DNA from: Chiloscyllium plagiosum
Lineage: Eukaryota
Assembly (NCBI RefSeq): GCF_004010195.1
Contig: NC_057718.1
Coordinates: 3,978,417-4,025,788, forward strand
Reading direction: 5' to 3'
Length of the DNA: 47,372 nt
The position numbers were made by a program, and so were the translations under genes. The notes under the pieces were generated by a model. It did no database searches. It saw only the letters and a list, made by a program, of their open reading frames with translations, and was not told where the DNA came from. How positions within the stretch are numbered: position 1 is the stretch's first letter; each line of letters begins with the position of its first letter. Below are positions 25,885-37,936 of the stretch, one piece after another.

Positions 25885-26270
25885 ACAGAGGGAGATAGGA
25901 ACAGGAGTAGGCCATTCAGCCCATCATGCCTGCTCCACCACTTAATTAAATGATGGATGATCTGATATTAATCTCAACTCTACATTCCTACATATCCCTG
26001 TTCACCTTTCACCCCCGGGTCATCAAGAATTCCCCCCCCCCCCCCCCCCCCCGCCTTAAAAACACTTCGAGATTCTACATCCACTGCCTTTTGATGAAGG
26101 GAATTCCAAAGACCCACAACCCTCTGAAAAAAAACATTTCCTCATCTCAATCTTCATCCTGCACTCCCCTATTTTTAAACTGCCCACTAGTTCTAGATTC
26201 TCCCTGAAGAGGAACCATCCTTTCCACGTCCACCTGGTTCAAGGCCTTCAGATCTTACAGGTTTCAATGA
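25885..26270 (-). mobile_element. CR1 LINE 3' fragment
   Basis: aggaacaggagtaggccattcagccc.. tail signature. Confidence 0.75.
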
Positions 26271-26959
26271 AGGCCCCTCTGAGCCCAATGGGATCCAGAG
26301 TGAACACATCTGGAGGAAGGGTTTGGCAGCTCGAGGAAGTTTGGATCCGAGTTGAGGAGCTGGAGTCTGAGCTGCAGACATTGTGTCACATCAAGGAAGG
26401 GGGAAGTTCCCTGGAAACCTTTCTCCAGAGGGTGCTTCCACTCCTTGGATTCAGGAATTGGAGATGAGTCATGGATCAGGGACAGGAGGCTGTGACTGCA
26501 GGTGAGGATGGTATGGGTCCCAGACCTTTCTAACAGTGAGCCCAATGTCACAGGTTTGTGTTTGGGACCCGACCCCAAGGATTCCCTGACCCTGGGATAA
26601 TAACCCGGGTCAAGAATGGAAGGGAAAGTCTGAGGTACCAATCAGAAGGGCTTCACTTTGCCCATTGCTGACTCAATTCCAGGCAAGTGCAATCAGGGTC
26701 TATCTGACTCAGACAGAATCAGAGAATCACAGAAACATTCCAGTGCAGAAGGAGACCATTCAGCCCATCCTGTCTGCACTGACTCTTCAAATGAGCATCA
26801 TTCCCGACTGCCAATGTCCTGCTCTCTCCCTACAGCCTTGCACACTGTTAGGATTCAGAATCGAATGGAGCAACAGTGAATCAGGGAGGGTGTCCTCAGG
26901 GACCACCGATTACAGGCTGATTGAAACTTTCAACCTTTTCTTTTCAGTTTTCGGTGAGA

Positions 26960-27005
26960 ATGAAACTTTTTAAATGGCTGCTCAGTCTATTCCAATCAGT
27001 CAGCT
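26960..27005 (+). CDS. Leader (signal peptide) exon of the ITIM-bearing VJ-type Ig-superfamily receptor
   Basis: ATG at 26960 gives MKLFKWLLSLFQSVS + T|gtgagc (46 nt, phase 1, typical Ig/TCR L1 exon size). A 235-bp intron leads to V4, giving MKLFKWLLSLFQSVSYPLA-DPVLIQ. An upstream acceptor (ccttttcttttcag, 26947) suggests an earlier non-coding exon. Confidence 0.72.
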
Positions 27006-27240
27006 GTGAGCATTGTGAAATTCTCCTCTCGATAGTTTATTCACAAAATGAATCACAGGGGCAAATTGGAAAGCACTCAACTGATGGATATGTTTCAAAT
27101 CATTCCCCCTCAAATTACAAATAGCAATATCCACACAGGAAGCTTCAGTTCATCCTCTGCAAATCATCATTGAACCAGGAAGAGATTTTATAAAATGTTA
27201 CAATTCCAATTATATTACTTTTCCTCTTCAACACAAACAG

Positions 27241-27588
27241 ATCCATTGGCTGATCCAGTCCTCATTCAGGATCCAGTGGTCAGCAAGGTAGCAGAGGGTG
27301 AAACCGCCGAGTTCCAGTGTGCCATGCACAATGCCAGTGTGATTGACACTGATGTCCACTGGCACTACCAGCGACCTGGCAGCAACAGGGAGTGGGTAAT
27401 AAGCCACTTTGTGAATGGCACCCTCACCAAGGCCCAGGGTTTCCACAATCATGTTCAGCTTTCCAGGAATGTCAGCAGGAACAGTTACATTCTGAGACTT
27501 GTGGATGTGACTCTCAATGATACTGCTGTGTACAGCTGCAGTGTGTGGAGCTACATCTCTGGAGCAGGGAGCCAGCTTATTGTAACTG
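27241..27588 (+). CDS. V4: germline-joined V-J Ig domain exon (intact)
   Basis: Acceptor ttttcctcttcaacacaaacag|, donor ACTG|gtaagt, 348 nt, phase 1/1. Encodes DPVLIQ..AEFQC..VHW..EWV..YILRL..DTAVYSC-SVWSYISGAGSQLIVT, with both Cys, the C-strand Trp, D-x-A-x-Y-x-C and a J-type GxG..L.V motif. Four N-glycosylation sequons (NAS, NGT, NVS, NDT). Confidence 0.92.
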
Positions 27589-28064
27589 GTAAGTCAATGG
27601 GAAGGAACATTGGTGTGAACAGGGAAGGGAGCACCCAGCTGCTGTGGAAGGGCAGAATGGTTATCAAGGCCAGGTATGGAGGGGAACTTGCAGGGAGTGG
27701 TGTTTCCATGTATCTGCTGCCCTTATCCTTCTAGATGGAGGAGACTGTGGGTTTGGAAGGTGCACCTGAGGATGTTTTATGAATGTCTGCAGTATATCTT
27801 GTCGAATATGCATAACAGAGAGTCAGTGGTGGTGGGAATGGTGCTTGTGGCTGTCCTGGCCAATGGTGCCTGTTGATTTGTTCTGGATGATGACAAGATT
27901 CTGGAGTGTTGTTGGAACTGCACCCATCCAGGCAGATGTGGAGTATTCCATCACATTCCTGACTTGTTGGTAATGGACAGGCTTTGAGGAGTCAGGAGTT
28001 GAGTTGCTATCCTAAGGAAATCAAAATTAATGTTATTGATGATCTGAAACATTGCTCAGAATGA

Positions 28065-28108
28065 TGTGTGTGTGTGTGTGTGTGGTGTGTGTGTGTGTGT
28101 GTGTGTGT
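28065..28108 (+). repeat. (TG)n microsatellite next to the TM-exon acceptor
   Basis: About 21 TG units with one interruption, ending 20 nt before the exon. Confidence 0.95.
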
Positions 28109-28128
28109 AACATTTTGATATTTTACAG

Positions 28129-28279
28129 AAGCATCTTCCCACAAAATTCTCTGGACTTCAGATCCCATTTTAATCATTTGCACCATTCTGGGCTTCGCTG
28201 TCTTGATCAGCATTGTCCTGCTCACATTTTTCCTTCGGAAACAAAAGCTGTGTTCATCAGTGAAGGACTCCACACAAGG
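28129..28279 (+). CDS. Stalk/transmembrane exon
   Basis: Acceptor ttttacag| in phase 1 with V4, donor GG|gtaaat (phase 2). Translates EASSHKILWTSDP-ILIICTILGFAVLISIVLLTFFL-RKQKLCSSVKDSTQG: a 23-aa uncharged hydrophobic helix followed by a basic stop-transfer. Not shown in the ORF track. Confidence 0.88.
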
Positions 28280-28377
28280 GTAAATCCCATTTCATCTTGG
28301 GTTTGATTCTGTCACTGCACTGTTATTGTTTTCGACATTGGGGGTGATTGTTTTAGTGAGTGCTGATATTCCCACGG

Positions 28378-28580
28378 CAATAGACAATAGACAACAGGTG
28401 CAGGAGTAGGCCATTCTGCCCTTCGAGCCTGCACCACCATTCAATATGATCATGGCTGATCATCCTTAATCAGTATCCTGTTCCTGCCTTATCTCCATAA
28501 CCCTTGATTCCACAATCCTTGAGAGCTCTATCCAACTCTTTCTTAAATGAATCCAGAGACAGGGCCTCCACTGCCTCCTT
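28378..28580 (-). mobile_element. CR1 LINE 3' tip
   Basis: Near-identical reverse complement of 33325-33520. Confidence 0.85.
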
Positions 28581-28774
28581 AATATAGAAGATCTAAGGTG
28601 GATCTCTTGAATTTTCTAATGGGGATAAATGGTCTTTTCAGAATCAGCAGGACAATTGCTGGGACCTGAAATATTTTTGTCCATGTTTTTTAACAATGAT
28701 CCAATGTTCCAAAGATAACTATCAAATAACTTCTAGGCCTTGCAAATCTGCAGCACTAGTACATTTTCCATATT

Positions 28775-29270
28775 CAGTTTGGGGCCAGCTTGACCCTGCT
28801 TCTATACTCAATCCCTCTTGTTATGAACGCCAGCATCCTATTAGCCTTCTTCACTACCTGCTGTACCTGCATGCTTACCTTCATTGACTGGTGTACAAGA
28901 ACACCCAGATCTCTTTGTACTGCCCCTTTACCTAAATTGATTCCATTTAGGTAGTAATCTGCCTTCCTGTTCATGCCACCAAAGTGGATAACCATACATT
29001 TATCCACATTAAACTGCACCTGCCATGCATCTGACCACTCACCTAACCTGTCCAGGTCACCCTGTAATCTCCTAACATCCTTTCACATTTCACCCTGCCA
29101 CCCAGCTTAGTATCATCAGCAAATCTGCTAATCTTATTACTAATACCATCTTCTATATCATTAATATATATTGTAAAAAGCTGTGATCCCATTACTGACC
29201 CCTGTGGTACCCCACTGGTCACTGTCTGCCATTCCGAAATGGAGCCGTTTATCACTACTCTTTGTTTCAC
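28775..29270 (-). mobile_element. CR1 LINE RT fragment
   Basis: GVPQGSV.G..LF, FADDTKLGG and MQFNVDKC motifs. Confidence 0.88.
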
Positions 29271-29999
29271 CATTGTAAATGGTGGGTGAGTGACTTTTGA
29301 GATCATGACACATGTCCAGATGCCCAATCACTGCCAGTTTGCTCCATCTCTGGTATCACATATTTTCCAGTGCCAGGTCAATGGTACCTGCTGGTGACAG
29401 TCAGCAAGCTTTGAATGGGTTAAGCATTAGAAATCACATGCAGGATCCCCAGGAAGTACTGAATCATTACCCACCGAGCCCAATGTCAGGATCTGCCTTG
29501 GTACGGGGGGTCACTGGCAGCACAGCGACTCCCACTGGGCTGAACAAGTGAGTGCCAGGTGACCTGGCCCAACAGCCCACGCTGACCTTTCACTTCCACA
29601 TTAGCAGAAAGTCCAAATCACATTTCCCTGTCCTGCTCCCCCATCCATTCAATCCCCTTTAATTTCCCACTCTCTCCAATTGAATCCTGAATGTTCGCAT
29701 TGATCCTCCACATGCCATTAATCTGGAATGACTCCCAGAGCCACTCGACCGTCTGGGTGAAAAGATTTCCTGAGTGTCTGGACTCGATCTTTTCTGTTGT
29801 GTTTTGTAACCATGATCCCTCATACTTCATCCCCTCAATAGTCTGTTTCTATCTCATTCATGGTCCCTTCAAAGGATTTTAAACAGTTTGGTTGCAGTCC
29901 AAAAACCTGGGTTCTTCCAATGATATAAAGACATTCCGAAGTCTTTCTTTGCAATTCCATTTGCTGTACTGGGCAGCATCCCAGTGAGTTATTGACCAG

Positions 30000-30505
30000 A
30001 AGAAATAGAAACAGGAGTAGGCCATTTATTCCCTAAAGCCTGCTGTGCCATTCAATAGGGTCATGGCTGATCCAACATTGCTCTCATCCACTCTCCTGCC
30101 TTTCTCTATAACCCTCGAAACCCCAACTGATCAAAATCTCCATCTCAAGACTTCAAAACTCTGCACACACAGCTCTCTGTGGCAAGGAGTTCCAAAGACT
30201 CAGAACCCTCTCAGAAATAGAAATTCCTCCTCAGTCTTAAATTGATGTCCCGTTATTCTGAGACTATGTCCTCTGGCCCTAGACTCTCCCATGAGGGAAA
30301 CACTCTGTCAGCATTAACTCTGTCAAGCCCCATAAGAATCCTGTATGTTTCAATGCGATCATCTCTCATTCCTCTCATCTCCAGTGAGTAAAGTCCCAAC
30401 TGGTTCAGCCTTTGCTCAGAAGACAATCCCTCCAGGCCAGGAATCATCCTTATGAACCTTCTCAGAATTTCCTTTGTTAAATAATATCTTTTCTTAAATA
30501 AGGTG
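30000..30505 (-). mobile_element. CR1 LINE 3' fragment
   Basis: ORF 30253-30447 (MIPGLEGLS.E.RL..LGLYSLE). Confidence 0.8.
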
Positions 30506-30949
30506 ATTCTGCTGACTGATCAGACGTGCAGATCAGTCTCTCAGTCTTCACAGCTTCATGACCTTTGAAGAGGACAGCTCTGTCAGTGTTTGGATACTGA
30601 TGAAATGTTCACTCTGAGTAAAGGACACACATGCCCCGAGGATCTTAACTAACATTCATCTTCATAAAGAATATCCTCTTGATGCTGAAATTGTAAATAT
30701 TGACTTTAGCAAGTTTGTTTGAATCTAGCAGTGAGTGTAAATCCAGTGGGAAGTTAGAGTATTATCCATAGACACGGAGCCCAGTGGAACACTGTATCCA
30801 GCTGATTCTAGCTGCTGTTTATGCATGACCCTACAGCACAGGTTACAGAGTCCTGTCACTGAGAAAGACACACAAACAGAATTAAAATGTGGCACTCATA
30901 TCAGTCTCTGCTCTGTCTCCAAATATGACGGTTATTTTCATATTCACCC

Positions 30950-31218
30950 AGGGACCTCGAAGTGAAGGAGCCATTGGGAAGTAGTGACCATAATACAATA
31001 AGCTTCAATCTGCAATTTGAGAGGGAGAGGGTACGATCGGAAGTGACAATATTTCCGTTGAATAAAGGGAACTATGGAGCTATGAGGGAGGAGCTGGCTA
31101 AAGTTCAATGGTGCAATACCTTAGCAGGGATGACAGTGGAGGACAATGGCAGATATTTCTGGGGTATAATGCAGAAGATGCAGGATCAGTTCATTTCAAA
31201 AAGGAAGAAAGATCCAAA
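30950..31218 (+). mobile_element. CR1 LINE fragment (end of endonuclease)
   Basis: EPLGSSDHN motif. Confidence 0.8.
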
Positions 31219-31219
31219 T

Positions 31220-31934
31220 TAAAATTGAAGTCGGTACTCTTACGCATTGTCTGTGGATATGCCATAAGATCCGCAGATACTGAGACAGAGTAGAGAATGC
31301 CTGGACAAAGATTTTGGGTATGGAGATTGGATTGGACGCAGTGTCCCTACTCTTGGGCTACCCAAATTTCCCCTCTTTGGATGTATATGAGAGGAAATTA
31401 TTCACTATCCTTTCCTTTTGTGCAAGGCAAAATATTTTAGTGAATTGGGTATCCAAAGGTCTCCCAGGACTTTCAAACTGGTACAGGATAGTCATGGAAT
31501 ATATCCCCCTTGACTTTCTTATGAATATGGTGCACCAAGAAACGGAATTATTTTCTAGGAATAGCAGCCCTTTTTGAACTATACTAAAACAGATATTTCA
31601 GCCATATTGTCCAGGGCCTTTGCCTGGCTGGTTTGGTCGACCCTGGGAGGAGGAATCCCATATAAATACGGGTTTTGTTATGACTTGATGTAAATCGATT
31701 TTGAGTATGAATTTAGTTATTTGTTTACCTATTTGTTGTTGTTAGTAATGTATGATACCTTATTTTATGTTTTGGTTGTTTGTAGAATAGATTAGTAGCT
31801 AGTGTTTTCAAATTTCATATTGGTGCTATTATTATGTTGTAAAGTGGAATATACTAGTTTGTATTATTATTGTAATTCTGTAAAAAATCTTAAAAATCTT
31901 CTTTTTCAATAAAAATATCTATTTTAAAAAAAAA
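31220..31934 (+). mobile_element. L1-clade LINE 3' end
   Basis: L1-type ORF2 C-terminus (..LLLG..AR.NIL.NW..P....W..), T-rich 3' UTR, AATAAA at ~31908 and a poly(A) tail. Confidence 0.7.
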
Positions 31935-32710
31935 GTGACCAAAGGCAATGGAATCCTCAGCCACCAAGCACTCAGATCCTGCTCGTATCAACTGACAGGA
32001 GTATTTGCTTTAACCTCTCCTTACCATGATCTGAAGTCACCATCTGCTTAAAGAAGACCACTATCATCCCTCAATGACTATCACTTGGTGACTCTGACCT
32101 CCATAAACAAGTGCTTCCAGAGGACAGCCACTGCTCGTAGCTCTGGCCTCCCAGTCTGCCTTGATCCCTTTCAATTAGCCTAACATTGCAACAGATCTAC
32201 AGCAGACGCCATTTCATGGCCCTACACTCATCCCTGGAACATCTGGATTACATGGATACTTAAGTCAAGCTTCTACTCATTGAAGATGGATTAGTCAATT
32301 ATGTATAATTTCAAACAAACTAATCTCCAAACTGCAAGACCTAGGTCTCCGCTTCACCCTCTGCAACTGGATCCTCGACTTTGTGATCCACAGACCACCA
32401 CCAGTGAGAAAAAGCAACAGCACCTCCTCCACAACAATCCTCAACACTGGTGCCCTGCAAGACTGAACATTCAGCCCTTTACTGTACTCCCTGTATGTGC
32501 ACGGCTATGTGGCCAAATTTTGTCCTAACTCCATCTACAAGTTCACTGACAACACCACTGTCACAGGCTTGATCTCAATTATGACACTGAATACAAGAAA
32601 GAGATAGTGTCAGCAAAATGAAAGAGCTGGTTATTGACTTCAGGAAACAAGGTGGAGGGCATGCCCATGTCTACAACAGTGGAGCTGAGGTGGGGGTGTG
32701 GGGAGCATTT
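31935..32710 (+). mobile_element. Decayed Rex/Babar-like LINE RT fragment
   Basis: LNDY..V.LT, LDP.Q.A, STADAI, SPLLYSLY and KF.D.TT remnants. Confidence 0.6.
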
Positions 32711-33079
32711 GTTCAGAAGAATTAAGGATATCTGTTCTTATGGCCAATGGATCAATGTAAATAAGGTGATAACATTCGTTCACTTGTGGAATGTGTGGCA
32801 GTACTTGCTTTTGACCCAGAGGCCTAGAAGCTGTGCATATTTTACAGTTGGATGTTGGATAACTGAGTTTCTGGTTTATATGGAAGACTCTTAACAAAAC
32901 TCATACTCAATAGGAAAAGAACTTGTAATTTAATAAGCTGAGTGGAATATGCACGTAATAGAACAATCCTGATACATTTTCACGTATACCACACTGAGAT
33001 TTAAATTTGTGAAGCTCAACTCCCTAATCCTGACTGTTCTGGAATGTGAATGTCTCATTACCCTGACAAGCGGGACTAC

Positions 33080-33520
33080 CTTATGCTGAAAGACTGGAGC
33101 GACTGGGCTTGCATACCCTTGAGTTTAGAAGACTTAGAGGGGATCTGATTGAGACATATAAGATAATTAAAGGATTGGACACTCTGGAGGCAGGAAACAT
33201 GTTTCCGCTGATGGGTGAGTGCCGAACCAGAGGACACAGCTTAAAAATACCATTTAGGACAGAGATGAGGAGAAACTTCTTTATCCAGAGAGTGGTGGCT
33301 GTGTGGAATTGTCTTCCCCAGAGGGCAGTGGAGGCCCAGTCTCTGGATTCATTTAAGAAAGAGTTGGATAGAGCTCTCAAGGATAGTGGAATCAAGGGTT
33401 ATGGAGATAAGGCAGGAACAGGATACTGATTAAGGATGATCAGCCATGATCATATTGAATGGTGGTGCAGGCTCGAAGGGCAGAATGGCTGACTCCTACA
33501 CCTATTGTCTATTGTCTATT
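33080..33520 (+). mobile_element. CR1 LINE 3' fragment
   Basis: RRLRGDLIETYK..FFIQRVV.VWN motif and a (ctattgt)n tail. Confidence 0.9.
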
Positions 33521-34478
33521 GAAAATAGGTGTCAGTGGCTGAGCCCTGCATTTATTCCCTTGGAGAAGGTGGTGGTGAGTTGCCTTCTTTAACTGCTGCA
33601 GTCCAGTGCACATGCTGTGTTTGTTGTGTTCTGATGGAAAGATTCAAGTCTCTGATCATCAGCTCCTAACACGAGCTGCAGGGGGGGGGGGGGGGGGTCT
33701 TGATTGGAAACCAGAGACTCATGGTTTCACCTTGTCCCCAGTCCAAGCCTTTTTTGTCCATTCCTCTCTGCTGGGGAATAGTCTATCTGAACCTCTGGGA
33801 TGAGAGAGATAAAAATCAATTCCATTTCTAAACATTTTTCTAAATGATTGGTTTATTGATGTTAAAACATAAACAGTTTACACATGAATAGAGTTTGAAA
33901 CTTACATAAACCAGAAACTAAAGTCAGCTATTTTTCTGAAAGCCTGAGGGTTAATCCTTCGTCACTCTCATTTTTCAGCTGGTTCTTTTAGAATCGTTGT
34001 TATTTTTCAATCTGTTCTGACTCCTCTCTTGGCTAGTTGGGATTTGAACCCAGAAGATCTGTCTCAGAGATAGAGATGCTGCCCCTTCACAGAAAGGCCC
34101 CTTAACAATAAAACTGGACTTGAACCAGAAGTCTTCTGATCACATCACAGGCCAGAGCAAAGTCACAAATCCATTTGCTGATGACTTGCTCCAGCTCCAT
34201 TTGGACATTAGTTTCTTTCTCCGTCTGTACCAGCTGAAAGTGCAGTAAGTTTCTGGAAGAAATCTCTCCTTTCCACAGATGGAAACAACAACGACTCGGC
34301 CAAGTTTCCCAGCATGCCCTCTGGTTCGGTCAAATTCTTTCCTTTGTTGTTCTGCTCTTTTTAAAAAAAGAACCAAGTTTGGTGAAAAGGATAAAATCCA
34401 CCATCCTTAAGACTGTGAAGATGACAGTGTTGTTCTGTGGTAAATGTGCAATAAATCTAATGGATTGCATTTATTTAG

Positions 34479-34522
34479 GAGCCCTGTTGAAGACCAGGAC
34501 ATTGTGTATGCAACAGTAAATG
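34479..34522 (+). CDS. Cytoplasmic exon 1 with ITIM (IVYATV)
   Basis: ttatttag|G AGC CCT..AAT G|gtaagc, 44 nt, phase 2 in / 1 out, matching both neighbours. Encodes SPVEDQDIVYATVN, which fits the I/V/L/S-x-Y-x-x-L/V consensus. Confidence 0.82.
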
Positions 34523-35365
34523 GTAAGCAAACTATTCCATCATTCTCACAACATTGGGCAGGAATTACTCTGTTCCAAATCTCTATTTAACACAGTTAGA
34601 TTCCTGATGTTATTGATAAGCTCATGGTTAGAGCAGCTCATTTGTCTGATTGACACAACTTACCATCATGGTCACTCACCGGGACATATTCACACGAGGC
34701 TGCAGATGTTCTTTAACAATGGAACTTACGTTTATTACACAAAGAGAGAAAGTAATACACCAGATTGTGTGTATATATTTATTACACTGAGAACAACCTT
34801 AACACACTCATCAAAACAATGTTTTACCCAAATTTGCATCACTAACCACTACAGAGGCACAAAACTGGAGAAATTATACTTCAATCTCAACTCTGTACTT
34901 TCCCAATGTACTGATTCCTGTTCATTTCTCTGTCTTGAACTGCCATAATAATTCCATGGTTTTTCTCTGAATCCAAATGAATGAATCAGTCGATGTTCTA
35001 ATGTCTCAACATTTTCAATTTGAACAAGCTGAAGGTTTCTGTCCCAAATTCTCCCTGTTTGGAGAAGTTCACAAATGGGAAAAACATTGCTGCTGTGGTG
35101 ACTGGTTTCTTCTCCATTGAAAACTCGAGCTGGGAGAGAAACTCAAACTTCATTCTGAATTCCACTTTTGGTTGTTTTCAACTTAATCTTTGTGTTTATC
35201 GAACTGAACTCAAAACAAAACTGAAAGTTTAATGCATTTACACTGTCTGTCATAAACACAGAAGCTACTATTTATTTAACATTCTAGAGGTTCTCCCAAT
35301 TCCTGGATGGCTTTCATGTGTCTTCTTGGAATGGCAGCATTGAATTCCAGTTCCAGAATGATTTT

Positions 35366-37936
35366 AGAACATAGAGCATAGAATATTACAGCGCAGTGCA
35401 GGCCCTTCAGCCCTCGATGTTGCACTGACCTATGGAACCAATCTGAAGCCCATCTACCCTACTGTATTCCATGATCATCCATATGTTTATCCAATGACCA
35501 TTTAAATGTCTGAAAATTGGTGAGTCTACTACTGTTGCAAGCAGTGCATTTCCTGCTCCTACCGCTCTCTAAATAAAGAAACTACCTCTGACGTCTGTCC
35601 AATATCTACCACCCCTCAATTCAAAGTTATGTCCCCTTATGTCAGTCATCACCACTGAAAGAAAAAGGATCTCACTGTCTACCCGATCTAACCTCCTGAT
35701 TATCTTATGTCGCAATTAAGTCTTCTCTCAACCGTCTTCTCTCTAATGAAAACAGCCTCAAGTCCCTTAGCTTTTCCTCATAAGACCATCCCTCCATACG
35801 AGGCATCAACCTAGTAAATCTCCTCTGAACCCATTCGAAAACTTCCACATCCTTCCGATAATGCCGTGACCAGAACTATAGTCTAGATTAGAGTGGTGCT
35901 GGAAAAGCACAGCAGGTCAGGCAGCATCCAAGGAGCAGGAAAATCGACATTTCAGGCAAAAGCCCTAAATCAGAAATAGAGGAACTATACACAATATTCC
36001 AAGTGCGGCCACCCCAGAGTTTTTTACAGCTGCAGCATGACCTTGTGACTCTGAAACTCATGACTACCAATAAAAGCTAGCACACTATATGCCTTCTCAA
36101 CAACCCTATCAGCCTGGTGGCAACTTTCAGGGATCTATGTACATGGACACTGAGATCTCTCTGCTCATCTACACTAACAAGAATCTTACCATTAGCCCTG
36201 TACTCTTTATTCCTGTTGCTTCTTCCAAAGTGAATCACCTCACACTTTTCTGCATTAAATTCCATTTGCCACCTGTCAGCCCAGCTCTGCAGCTTATCTA
36301 TGTCCCTCTGTAACCTGCAACATCCTTTAGCATGATCCACAACTCCGCTGACCTCAGTGTCATCCACAAGTGTACTAACCCATCCTTCTACACTCTGATC
36401 CAGGTCATTTATAAAAATGAGAAATAGCAGTGACCCCAAAACAGATCCTTGCAGGATCCCACTAGTAACTGAACTCCAGGATGAACATTTCCCTTCAACC
36501 ACCACCCTCTGTCTTCTTTCAGCTAGTCAATTTCTGATCCAAACCACTAAATTACCCTCAATTCCATATTTTCTGTAATAGCCTACCAAGGGAAAACTTA
36601 TGAAATCCATATAAACCACATCAACCATTTTACTCTCATCCACCTGTTTGGTCACCTTCTCAAAGAACTCAATAATGTTTGTGAGGCACAACCTACCCTT
36701 CACAAAACCGTGTTGACTATCCTTAATCAACTTATTCCTCTCCAGGTGATTATGAATCCTGTCTCTTCCAAACATTTCCAACACTTGACCCACAACCAAA
36801 TTAAGGCTCACTGGTCTATAATTACCAGGGTTGTCTGTACTTCCCTTCTTGAACAAGGGGACAACATTTGCTATCTTCTGGCACCATTCCTGTAGACAAT
36901 AACAACATAAATATCAAAGCCAAAGGTTCTACAGTCCCCACCCTGGCTTTCCAAAGAATCCTAGGATAAATCCCTTCTGGCCCAGGGGATTTATCTATTT
37001 TCACACTTTCCAGAATTACTAACACCTCCTCCTTGTGAGTAGCCTGGATCTCAGTATTCTCCTCGTCAACATTGTCTTTTTCCAGTGTGAATACTGATGA
37101 AATATATTCATTTAGTGCTTCCCCTCTCCTCATGCACAACTTCTCAGTACTGTCCTTGATTGGCCGTAATCTTTCTCTAGTCATTCTTTTGTTCCTGAAA
37201 TACCTATAGAAAGCTTTCAGGTTTTGCTTGATCCTACTTGCCAACTACCTCTCGTGTCCCCTCCTGGCTCTTCTTAGCTCTCTCTTCAGGTCTTTCCGGG
37301 CTAACTTATAACTCTCAAATGCTCTAACTGAGCCTTCATCTCTCATCCTGACATAATCCTCCTTCTTACTCTTGACAACGGCTTCAACATCTTTAGTAAA
37401 CCATGGCTCCCTCTTTCGACCACTTCCTTCCTGCCTGACAGGTCCATGCTTATCAAGCACACGCAGTAGTTGTTCCTTGAATATGCTCCAGATTTTAAGT
37501 ATGCGCATCCCCTGCAGTTACCTTCCCCATCCACTGCATTCTAAATCTTGCCTAATTGCATCATAATTTCCTATCCCCCAGCAATAATTCTTGCGCTGCG
37601 TTATCCCTTTCCATCACTAAAGTAAACGTAACCGAATTGTGTTCTATCAACAAAGTGCTCACCTACCTCCAAATCTAACAGCTGGCCGGGTTCATTACCC
37701 AGTACCAAATCCAATGTGACCTTGCACCTTGTTGGCCTGTCTACATACTGCATCTGTAAACCCTCCTGCACACATTGGACAAAAACCGATCCATCTAAAC
37801 TACTCAAACTATAGTATTTCCAGGCAATATTTGGAAAGTTAAAGGCCCCCATAACAACAACCCTGTTAATCTCGCTCCGATCCAGAACTATCTTTGCGAC
37901 CTTTTCCTCTACATCTCTGAAACTATTCAGAGGCCA
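35366..37936 (-). mobile_element. Long degenerate CR1 LINE (endonuclease end to 3' tail) in the intron between cytoplasmic exons
   Basis: Successive ORF fragments with FNFPNI.W, KSPGP, NYRPVSL and QGSVLG. A Penelope-type fragment is nested at 35886-35975. Confidence 0.93.

Noticed and set aside
34520-34948. 142-aa ORF after the ITIM exon
   Set aside because: Intronic, with no recognisable motif, and it begins at the splice donor.
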